Shown: positions 37,311 to 45,070 of the stretch, one piece after another
Position numbering within the stretch: the first letter of the stretch is position 1
Layout of the letters: the number at the start of each line of letters is the position of its first letter
Assembly: GCA_039024555.1 (NCBI GenBank)
Contig: JBCCQQ010000052.1
Location: 1-45,070 of the forward strand
Origin: Cyanobacteria bacterium P01_D01_bin.156
GTDB lineage: Bacteria; Cyanobacteriota; Cyanobacteriia; Phormidesmidales; Phormidesmidaceae
Reading direction: 5' to 3'
DNA: 45,070 nucleotides
Position numbers and translations under genes: made by a program
Notes under the pieces: generated by a model
Databases searched by the model: none
Told to the model about the DNA's origin: nothing
What the model saw: the letters and a program-made list of their open reading frames with translations, nothing else

Positions 37311-39950
37311 ATGCTTGCTAGCTACATCAAAGCACTGCTACACAAGAACGGTATTCACTGGAACAACGGTGGCAACGTCGGCGATAAAGACGATATGGGT
37401 AATGGTGCCACAGTCACCTATAACTTCTTCAGTTCCCGTCCATCTGGCTTTAGCCGCGACCACTACAAAAACTTCTCGGCCTTCTCCGCAACCCAAAAGG
37501 CTCAAATCCGCCAAGCCCTAGACCACTACGAAGATGTCGCCAATATCCAATTCCAAGAACTTAGCAGCGGTGGCACCCTGCGCTTTGGCTATGCTGACAC
37601 CTTTTTCGACTTTGATGGTGACGGAGACTTTGAACCGGCAGGGGGTCTAGCCACCCGTCCCCATTCATCTGGTGCCAGCATTGTTATCGACAAAGATGCA
37701 ACTAACTTTAGCCCAGGCTCCTGGGGCTATTTTGTGTGGCTACACGAACTAGGACACGCCGTTGGCGGTCTCAATGATGTCACCATGGGGCGTAATCCTG
37801 ACGATCAGTATGCCGCCTCCAGTGAACAACGCAACAAAGGGATGGACGGCCAAATTCTTAGCGAGTGGCAAGACAGTCGACAGTACACCGTCATGTCCTA
37901 TATTGGCCACCCCGATATGCCCGGTGTTAGACCCCGCACCCTAGGTCTGTACGATATTGCCGCCATTCAAACTCTCTATGGTGCCAACTGGAGCCACAAT
38001 GCGGGCCACAACAACTACACCTGGAGCCACAACGAAACCTTTATCGAAACCATTTGGGATGGAGGGGGCAACGATACCATTAATGCCTCTAACCAAACCC
38101 GTCGCTCCATTATCGACCTGCGGGCAGGGCGCTTCAGCTCCATTGGCTCCCTTAACGGCAGCAGCAATGCTGTCAACAATTTAGCCATTGCCTACGGAGC
38201 TACCATTGAAAATGCCTTTGGCGGCACGGGTAATGACAGAATTACCGGTAACAACGTTAGAAATATCCTGTTTGGCAACGCTGGTAACGACTTTATCAGC
38301 GGTGGCGGCGGGGATGACTTTATGGACGGCGGCACAGGTATCGATACTGTGGACTACCGTCACTGGGACGGCGGCGGTGTTTATAACTTGCAGACAGAAA
38401 TCGCCAGTTTCTCCGGTTACTACAGCGAAGAGATCCGCAACTTTGAAAATATCTACACAGGCGATGGTGCGGACATTGTTATCGGTACGAACGGTGCCAA
38501 CCGCATCTACACAGGCAAGGGCAATGACTTTATCTCGGCCCTCGGCGGCAACGACTATGTCTCTGCTGGTGCTGGCGCTGACAGCATTTACGGCGGTGCT
38601 GGTAACGACTTTATTATCGGCGGCAGCGGTGACGACTACATGAACGGTGGGTCCGGTGTCGATACCGTGGACTATCGTCACTGGGATGGTGGCGGTACCT
38701 ACAACCTACAGACAGAGGTGGCCAGCTTCTCCGGTTACTACAACGAAGACATCATCAACTTTGAAAACATCCACACTGGTGACGGTGCGGATATTGTTAT
38801 CGGTACGAACGATGCCAACCGCATCTACACCAACGATGGCAACGACTTTATCTCGGCCCTCGGCGGCAACGACTATGTCTCTGCGGGTGCTGGTGCGGAT
38901 ATTGTTTACGGTGGTGCGGGTAATGACTTTATTATCGGCGGCAGCGGTGACGACTACATGAACGGTGGGTCTGGCGTTGACACCGTGGACTATCGTCACT
39001 GGGATGGTGGCGGTACCTACAACCTACAAACAGAGGTGGCAAGTTTCTCCGGTTACTACAACGAAGACATCATCAACTTTGAAAACATCTACACAGGCGA
39101 CGGTGCGGATGTTGTTATCGGCACTAATGGGGTTAACCGCATCTACACAGGCGATGGTAATGACTTTATTTCGGCCCTGGGCGGCAACGACTACATCTCT
39201 GCGGGCGCTGACAATGACACAGTCTATGCCGGTGCTGGTGATGACATTGTCTATGCCGGGTCTGGTAATGACCGTGTCGTAGGTGGCAGCGGTGATGACT
39301 TTATGGATGGTGGTTCCGGCATCGACACCGTGGACTATCGCCACTGGAATGGTGGTGGCACCTACAACTTAACGTCTGAAGTTGCTAGCTTTGCTGGATT
39401 CTACGACGAAACTATTCGCAACTTCGAGAACATTTACACCGGTTCTGGTCTCGATAACATTGTGGGCACCTCTGGCAACAACGAAATTAATGCTGGTGCT
39501 GGGGATGACATTATCGATGCTGGTAACGGCAATGATGTCATCATCGGTGGCTCGGGTAGCGACATGATTGTCGGTGGTTTAGGTAACGATATTATCAACG
39601 GCACTAGTTATGCATACCAGGGTACAGGAGAACGTGACATCCTCACTAGCAGCAGCTATGGCGATAGTGACACCTTTGTTCTAGGTGAGAGTGGTCGCGT
39701 GTTCTACAACGACCATGGCGAAGCTGACCATGCTGTTATCCAGGACTTTGATGTTCATGATTTCTTTGGTGATGTTGCAGACAGGATTCAGCTATTAGGT
39801 AGTGCGGCCTCCTACAGTCTTTCTAATGTTTCTGTTAGCGGTGTTGCCGGAGCAGGTATTCACTTTGCTGGCGACCTGATCGGTATTGTTCAAGGGGTGA
39901 ATTCTTCTAGCTTGAACCTGGCAAGTACGAATCAGTTTACTTACGTCTAG
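37311..39950 (+). CDS. Serralysin-like (M10) RTX metalloprotease
   Basis: HELGHAVG, Met-turn YTVMSY, DIAAIQTLYG, TIWDGGGNDT, IENAFGG and many GGxGxD repeats. Confidence 0.92.
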   Translation: MLASYIKALLHKNGIHWNNGGNVGDKDDMGNGATVTYNFFSSRPSGFSRDHYKNFSAFSATQKAQIRQALDHYEDVANIQFQELSSGGTLRFGYADTFFDFDGDGDFEPAGGLATRPHSSGASIVIDKDATNFSPGSWGYFVWLHELGHAVGGLNDVTMGRNPDDQYAASSEQRNKGMDGQILSEWQDSRQYTVMSYIGHPDMPGVRPRTLGLYDIAAIQTLYGANWSHNAGHNNYTWSHNETFIETIWDGGGNDTINASNQTRRSIIDLRAGRFSSIGSLNGSSNAVNNLAIAYGATIENAFGGTGNDRITGNNVRNILFGNAGNDFISGGGGDDFMDGGTGIDTVDYRHWDGGGVYNLQTEIASFSGYYSEEIRNFENIYTGDGADIVIGTNGANRIYTGKGNDFISALGGNDYVSAGAGADSIYGGAGNDFIIGGSGDDYMNGGSGVDTVDYRHWDGGGTYNLQTEVASFSGYYNEDIINFENIHTGDGADIVIGTNDANRIYTNDGNDFISALGGNDYVSAGAGADIVYGGAGNDFIIGGSGDDYMNGGSGVDTVDYRHWDGGGTYNLQTEVASFSGYYNEDIINFENIYTGDGADVVIGTNGVNRIYTGDGNDFISALGGNDYISAGADNDTVYAGAGDDIVYAGSGNDRVVGGSGDDFMDGGSGIDTVDYRHWNGGGTYNLTSEVASFAGFYDETIRNFENIYTGSGLDNIVGTSGNNEINAGAGDDIIDAGNGNDVIIGGSGSDMIVGGLGNDIINGTSYAYQGTGERDILTSSSYGDSDTFVLGESGRVFYNDHGEADHAVIQDFDVHDFFGDVADRIQLLGSAASYSLSNVSVSGVAGAGIHFAGDLIGIVQGVNSSSLNLASTNQFTYV
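38290..39470 (+). repeat. Four internal ~318-bp (106-aa) repeats in the RTX protease
   Basis: The DYRHW anchor (GACTA(C/T)CG(T/C)CACTGG) starts at 38352, 38670, 38988 and 39333, giving spacings of 318, 318 and 345. Confidence 0.9.
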
Positions 39951-40007
39951 GTAGTCCGAACGGTGTGTTGAGGTAGGGCGGGTATCGACACAAAACGGAG
40001 GGGTTTT

Positions 40008-40098
40008 CTAGGAAAGTAGAGTTAGGAATTCGGAGTTAGGAAGTCAGAATGCCCACCCTTTCCGAATTCCGAATTCCGAATCCTGAATTCACTTCTAG
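40008..40098. repeat. STRR-like heptamer repeats in inverted arrangement
   Basis: GAGTTAG GAATTCG GAGTTAG GAAGTCA faces TTCCGAA TTCCGAA TTCCGAA TCCTGAA. Confidence 0.75.
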
Positions 40099-40179
40099 CC
40101 AAGGTTTTCGGCTTAAATTGATACCCGGCAGGGCCACTTGGATAACCGAGTGGCCTTTTCTTATGAAAAAGAAATCATT

Positions 40180-40213
40180 CATTTGCATAAAAGTGGGTTC
40201 CACCGCATGAGTA
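40180..40213 (+). promoter_or_regulatory. Shared bipartite promoter motif, copy 3 (upstream of the candidate sRNA)
   Basis: CATTTGCATAAAA-GTGGGTTCCACCGCA-TGAGTA. Confidence 0.7.
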
Positions 40214-40301
40214 TTTATTGAAAGGAGCAATCACACTGTTCTTTCACCAATAAACAAGCGTTGACTGTATCGCCGATCGGGTTTCCGGTCGGCTTTTTTT
40301 T
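40214..40301 (+). ncRNA. Candidate small RNA (or attenuated leader of the NACHT gene)
   Basis: Motif copy 3, then a 5' hairpin, a short single-stranded linker and a strong terminator; no ATG-initiated ORF inside. Confidence 0.55.
40272..40301 (+). terminator. Intrinsic terminator
   Basis: GCCGATCGG-GTTT-CCGGTCGGC followed by a T-run. Confidence 0.85.
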
Positions 40302-40385
40302 ATGTGCCTAATTTCTGGAATCACCTTAGCGCAACGTGCCATATTTGCTGGCAATGACTACACTGGATGCGAAATAAATGCACCC

Positions 40386-42560
40386 ATGGCAATGCTTGGC
40401 GATTTTATCAATGGCATAGTAGGTCCCATTTTTGATGCTACCTGGAGTTCTCTGAAGGCTCAGTACCATCAGGGGTTAGAGGAAACGGATCTGAAGCAGG
40501 AGCAGATCAAAGCTCACAAAGCCATTGCAGCCGCATCAGAGGCGTACTACCAAAACTATCGAGAGCGTCACTGCAAAGTTAAAGTCCTACGGCGCTATGG
40601 CTCAGGCAAAGATATGGGGCTGGACACCATCTATACAGCAGTCAAGTTTCTGAGCGATGCGGACCGCAGATATTTTTCCACTGACCATATGGAGGAACTG
40701 TATCGACAGGCGGGGAACCGGCGGTTTCGAGTGGGCTCGAATGAACGGCAGGACGGGCTAAAGGTTGCCAACGCAGAACAGTATTTAATGGTGCTAGGCG
40801 GTCCGGGGGTAGGCAAAAGCACATTTCTGCGAAAGCTGGGGTTGGAATCGCTGAAGGGGGCGATGAAACATGAGCAGATGCCGGTTTTTATCGAGCTAAA
40901 GTCTTTTAAGTCAAAAGAGATGAGCCTGGAGCAGGCAATTGTTCGAGAGTTGGAAATTAGCGGGTTTCCCTATGCGGACAGTTTGGTGAAGTCCATGCTG
41001 GCAGAGGGTAGACTGCTGGTTTTATTAGATGGGTTAGATGAAGTACCGTCTAGCCAGGTGGATAATGTTATTGAACAAATTCAAAACTTTTGCGATCAGC
41101 ATCGAAAAAATCGATTTGTGGCATCCTGCCGGGTAGCGGCCTATAAAGGAGGGTTTAATCGGTTTACTGATGTCACCATGGCAGAGTTTGACAATGATCA
41201 GATTCGAGAATTTGTTGAAAGCTGGTTTAGTTCAAAGTTAGACAAAGAATCGGGCACAGCGGATACCTTTTGGAAGCTGATCAACCAGTCAGAAAATGCC
41301 TCTGCAAAAGACCTAGCGCAAACTCCTTTATTACTAACGTTTCTGTGTTTAGTTTACGATTCTTCCCAGGCGCTGCCTACGGTTCGCAGCACGCTATATG
41401 GTGATGCACTGGATATTTTACTCAAGAAGTGGGCCGCTGAAAAACGGATTAGACGAGATTCGATTTACCAAGGCTTCCATGCGGATTTAGAAAAAGTTTT
41501 GCTTTCAGAAATCGCCCACGACAGTTTTCAAAAAGATCAGCTATTCTTTTCAGAATCTGAGATTACCGAGCGAATTACAACATTTCTAGCCGATACGCTG
41601 GATGCCCCATCACACCTAGACGGTGCTAAGGTGCTCAACGCCATTGAGGTACAGCAGGGAATTTTGGTGGAACGTGCAGCCGGTGTATACTCTTTTTCTC
41701 ATCTAACGCTGCAGGAATATCTTACGGCTCGGTACATCAGCAAGAAGAATCTAATGCAGACGCTGGTGGAAAATCATCTAACCGATGAACGGTGGCGAGA
41801 GATATTTTTGTTAGTGTCGGGGCTACTGGAAGAGCAAGCCCAAGATCTTTGGTTATTAATGGAGCAACAGGCAAATGGGTATCTGGACTTACCCAAACTA
41901 CAGGGACTATTACAGTGGCTAGTGGACCTAAGTAATAAGTCAGACTCCAGCAACCAACAACTTGCTTCAAGAAGCTGGCTATTGGCATCGGCCATCGCTA
42001 TCGCCATGACCATCGACATCGACATCGTCATCGCCAGCGGCAGCGCCACCGCCACCGTCAGCCGCAGCGCCAGAGCCATCGCCAGAGCCATCGCCAGCGC
42101 CAGAGCCATCGCCATCGACAGCGCCATCGCCAGCGCCATCGCCATCGACAGCGCCATCGCCAGCGCCATCGACATGGACATCGCCATCGACATCGCCAGC
42201 GCCAGCGCCATCGACATGGACATCGCCATCGACATCGCCAGCGCCAGCGCCAGCGCCAATATTGATTACAATGCGCTGGCTACCGAGTTAGAAGCCTTAC
42301 AAAAACAAATTCCCAGCGGCAACGCCACTGCGCAAAAATGGCAAAACTTTGCCGATCAGCTCATAGAGACATATCTCAGCTTCTTCAAATTAGACAAATC
42401 ACTCATCATGTTTTCTCTAGAAGAAGCCCAAGCTTTAGAGAACTATCTCTACTCAGTCAAACTAATCATCGACTGTAAAAACGCGGCGGTGCGGGTATCT
42501 CGTCAAGAATGGGAAGCAATTGAATCCAGGTTGTTGACGCCGCAGCAACCGCCGACATAG
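40386..42560 (+). CDS. NACHT NTPase with hexamer-repeat region and C-terminal helical (NCH2-like) domain
   Basis: GGPGVGKST, LLDGLDE, TPLLL, FSHLTLQEY, RWREIFLL and LIIDCK..AVRVS..W..IE.RLL motifs. Start set at MAMLG, because the ATG at 40302 abuts the terminator. Confidence 0.9.
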   Translation: MAMLGDFINGIVGPIFDATWSSLKAQYHQGLEETDLKQEQIKAHKAIAAASEAYYQNYRERHCKVKVLRRYGSGKDMGLDTIYTAVKFLSDADRRYFSTDHMEELYRQAGNRRFRVGSNERQDGLKVANAEQYLMVLGGPGVGKSTFLRKLGLESLKGAMKHEQMPVFIELKSFKSKEMSLEQAIVRELEISGFPYADSLVKSMLAEGRLLVLLDGLDEVPSSQVDNVIEQIQNFCDQHRKNRFVASCRVAAYKGGFNRFTDVTMAEFDNDQIREFVESWFSSKLDKESGTADTFWKLINQSENASAKDLAQTPLLLTFLCLVYDSSQALPTVRSTLYGDALDILLKKWAAEKRIRRDSIYQGFHADLEKVLLSEIAHDSFQKDQLFFSESEITERITTFLADTLDAPSHLDGAKVLNAIEVQQGILVERAAGVYSFSHLTLQEYLTARYISKKNLMQTLVENHLTDERWREIFLLVSGLLEEQAQDLWLLMEQQANGYLDLPKLQGLLQWLVDLSNKSDSSNQQLASRSWLLASAIAIAMTIDIDIVIASGSATATVSRSARAIARAIASARAIAIDSAIASAIAIDSAIASAIDMDIAIDIASASAIDMDIAIDIASASASANIDYNALATELEALQKQIPSGNATAQKWQNFADQLIETYLSFFKLDKSLIMFSLEEAQALENYLYSVKLIIDCKNAAVRVSRQEWEAIESRLLTPQQPPT
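41988..42258 (+). repeat. Degenerate 6-bp tandem array (GCCATC/GCCAGC/GACATC) encoding Ala-Ile/Ser/Asp dipeptides
   Basis: Read directly from the sequence; includes higher-order 24-bp and 36-bp duplications. Confidence 0.9.
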
Positions 42561-42899
42561 TCTTTGCAACAATTTGGACTAGCGTTTGGTACCCACGCCG
42601 GGTTAGAAATCCCGCGCTAATAAATTTTGTCCACTCAAGGGACACGTTGATCACGAGGCTTGATCAATTAAGGATTGTGGATTTAATAATGTACCAATTT
42701 CTTCTCTCCTAGAAGCATCTTTCAATAAGGAGTGCTGCAGGGCAGATAATCCACTCTCAGGGGGGGACCGTAGACAGAGTGGGTTTCGAAAGCCTTGAAG
42801 AGCGGTCAACTCCACATATGTATCCCACAGTAGGAGCATCGATTCGAGTCAGTACTTTAGAATCCTAAAGGCTTCTGGATTAACCAAGGAATAATTACG

Positions 42900-43562
42900 A
42901 TGCTACGCAGATTGGTGGCCGAATGGCTAGGAACATTTGCTTTGTTAGCAACTGTTGTCGGCTCCGGCATCATGGCTGAGCAGCTGGCGGGTGGCAATGT
43001 TGCGATCGCACTACTGGGCAACACAATCCCCACAGGTGCCATCCTCGTGGTACTGATCTTAGTCTTTGAATCCATCTCTGGGGCACATTTTAATCCTGCC
43101 GTCACGTTGGTTTTTGCCCTGCGTAGAAAAATCTCCATCAGAGAATCGTGGCTGTTCGTAGTAGCTCAAGTGCTCGGCGGCATTGCCGGTGTATTGGTCG
43201 CCCATATCATGTTTGGCAATCCATTAATCGATCCCTCAACCACTATGCGCACAGGGCTGGGCCAATGGATGGGTGAATTTGTCGCCACCTTCGGGCTAAT
43301 CGGCACAATCCTAGGCTGCGTTAAAGCCCGCCCTGAAGCTATACCCTATGCCGTCGGCCTTTACATCACCGCCGCCTACTGGTTTACCTCGTCCACATCC
43401 TTTGCAAACCCAGCTGTAACCATTGCCCGTGGCTTTTCCGATACCTTCGCCGGCATTCATCCGGCCAACGTAGCACCATTTATAGCCGTACAGCTAGTCG
43501 CTGCAGTGCTGGCTAATAGTTTCTTTCATTGGCTGTTGAATGAGAATAACTCTAAGAGATAG
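42900..43562 (+). CDS. MIP/aquaporin family channel (subtype often found in ars operons)
   Basis: SGAHFNPAVT and YWFTSSTSFANPAVT NPA boxes; six TMs. Confidence 0.92.
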   Translation: MLRRLVAEWLGTFALLATVVGSGIMAEQLAGGNVAIALLGNTIPTGAILVVLILVFESISGAHFNPAVTLVFALRRKISIRESWLFVVAQVLGGIAGVLVAHIMFGNPLIDPSTTMRTGLGQWMGEFVATFGLIGTILGCVKARPEAIPYAVGLYITAAYWFTSSTSFANPAVTIARGFSDTFAGIHPANVAPFIAVQLVAAVLANSFFHWLLNENNSKR

Positions 43563-43668
43563 CCGCCTCGTTTCTTTATCCGTAACTGCTCTGGTCGCTA
43601 TTGGACAGTGCTAGTAAGCTAGAACGGTACGCTCGGTCCGTCTACATGCGGCTCATCTGACCCAATAG

Positions 43669-44925
43669 ATGTCCTCGGTTTTACCCATCGATACCCATCG
43701 ATATCAGTCTGGCGACTATACCCTGGAGGTCACCGCCCATCCGTCCCCGCTGTCCCAGTGGAGCGATAGACCGGTCGTACGCCAGCTCCGCTTTAACCTA
43801 TGGGTAGAACACCCCGAACGAAAGCGATTGGCCACGGGCAATCAACACCAGCTTGTTACCCTCAGCGATACGGTTGAGTCCTACGTGCAGGCAAACCTAA
43901 CTCAGCAAGCTTGGCCCAATACCCACCGTCTCAGCCTGCTCAATAAAGAAATAGAACTCAGCACCCTGCAGCTTTTTAACCTGGCTGAAGTGCTCAATGC
44001 CTACGGTCAAACCCACATCACCCTACCCGCTGCACCCAAGCAACGCCGTCCCATCCGCTGGTGGACTGGTTCAGCAGCAGCATCGTTGCTGGTGGCCGTT
44101 GGGGTAACGACCATTTACTTCCAAAATCGGCCCGCCGCCTGGAATGAAGCGGTTACCTCCCAGGCCCCAGAAGTTGCTGTGGATGACTCTTTGGATGATT
44201 TAGCAGATGTTCCTGAAGCAGCTCCTATTCCCGAAGTTAGTTCTGCTCCCGCTGCGGGAGCAGAACCGGATAGTGTCAGTGCCGACGAGCAACCAGCCGT
44301 TGCCAGCCCCTCACAGCCTCCTACCCCCTCGGAGAAAACTCAACCAGAATTTGCCCAGCCGTCTTTACCATCTGAATTAGAAATCAACCGCCCACCGTTT
44401 GAAACTGGTAATCAGACTGAACTCCGTTCCCCTGCTGCCATCAATGAAGAACCGTTAGCCGATATTGCGAAACCACCAGCCGCTGCTGTGCCCCAACCGG
44501 CTCAACAGCCGGAAATTGCTTCAGCACCTATTGCTGCTCCACCGGCTGATCAAGGGGCAGGAGATGCTATGGAAGAAACGACAGCGATACAACCGGAGCT
44601 GAGCAGGTCCGAACCGACACCAAGCAGTATAGAACCGAGGGTTGAGAGAGCAAGACAGCCTGATGATTCGCTGTCTGAAGCCAGTGGTGATGTGTTGAGT
44701 GCGATCGCAACCCAGCTTGCGCCCTATCAGCCCATGAATGCAACCTACCCGCTGGTATATCGCCTCCAGATTGCCGCAGATGGCACCATTACTAACCTGG
44801 AGGCTATTGATGAGGCACCTGCGATCGCGCTCACGACCATTACCCCAGCCCCTGGACGGTCCCTGAGCGTAGAACTAACCTATACCGGTGCTGCTCGACC
44901 TATGGTGAGAGAAGTATTTGAGTGA
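43669..44925 (+). CDS. Second DUF4335-type membrane protein
   Basis: RY...TLEV...SPLSQW..LRF and LSTLQLFNL motifs, single TM, Pro/Ala/Glu-rich linker and a C-terminal YRLQIAADG module. Confidence 0.75.
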   Translation: MSSVLPIDTHRYQSGDYTLEVTAHPSPLSQWSDRPVVRQLRFNLWVEHPERKRLATGNQHQLVTLSDTVESYVQANLTQQAWPNTHRLSLLNKEIELSTLQLFNLAEVLNAYGQTHITLPAAPKQRRPIRWWTGSAAASLLVAVGVTTIYFQNRPAAWNEAVTSQAPEVAVDDSLDDLADVPEAAPIPEVSSAPAAGAEPDSVSADEQPAVASPSQPPTPSEKTQPEFAQPSLPSELEINRPPFETGNQTELRSPAAINEEPLADIAKPPAAAVPQPAQQPEIASAPIAAPPADQGAGDAMEETTAIQPELSRSEPTPSSIEPRVERARQPDDSLSEASGDVLSAIATQLAPYQPMNATYPLVYRLQIAADGTITNLEAIDEAPAIALTTITPAPGRSLSVELTYTGAARPMVREVFE

Positions 44926-45070
44926 GATCGGGAGAGTGATCTGAATTTTGTGTAAACGCTTGTTTGCTTAAAGAGAAAAGCGTTCTGGGAAGAGAATAGC
45001 AAAATGTGACAAGGCAGCACGCCAATCTTTAATCGGTCGATTCCATTTTTTCGCGATATTATTCATCGCT

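Noticed and set aside
38181..39567. Several ~100-160 aa ORFs overlapping the RTX protease
   Set aside because: Frame shadows repeating with the 318-bp period.
40008..40098. Possible CRISPR array
   Set aside because: Seven-base tandem units without unique spacers; no cas genes or repeat-spacer array were seen anywhere in the window.
41774..42259. Antisense ORF MALALALAMSM...
   Set aside because: Shadow of the hexamer array in the NACHT gene.

Overview
Chromosomal window from a filamentous cyanobacterium: HIP1 GCGATCGC octamers, DUF3038/DUF4335/DUF928/DUF1822 families and a SigB-type sigma factor; the overall style is Leptolyngbya-like, which is an inference. The left edge has an ISAs1-family element inserted into a phnE remnant, beside an AT-rich ImmA/IrrE peptidase + PIN-like gene pair. 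Housekeeping or ordinary genes follow (rmuC, DUF3038-DUF4335, OmpA-like, fmt, sigB, AGE epimerase, EEP nuclease, HK/RR/fetB), mixed with two NACHT NTPases, a CAP-RTX protein and degenerate HNH and hydrogenase-protease homologs. The main item is a ~15 kb locus (25.4-40.3 kb): sigma-70-like factor > DUF1822 > CHAT-CHASE2 membrane protease > DUF928 > filamentous-haemagglutinin-like protein > exported TPR-CHAT, with a divergent RTX metalloprotease. A bipartite motif, TTTGCATAAAA-N14-A(C/T)GAGT, occurs three times with identical spacing: before the sigma operon, before the protease, and before an unannotated ~85-nt hairpin/terminator RNA. This suggests a self-contained, protease-gated sigma regulon with its own sRNA. 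All family calls come from motif recognition by eye; no searches were run.
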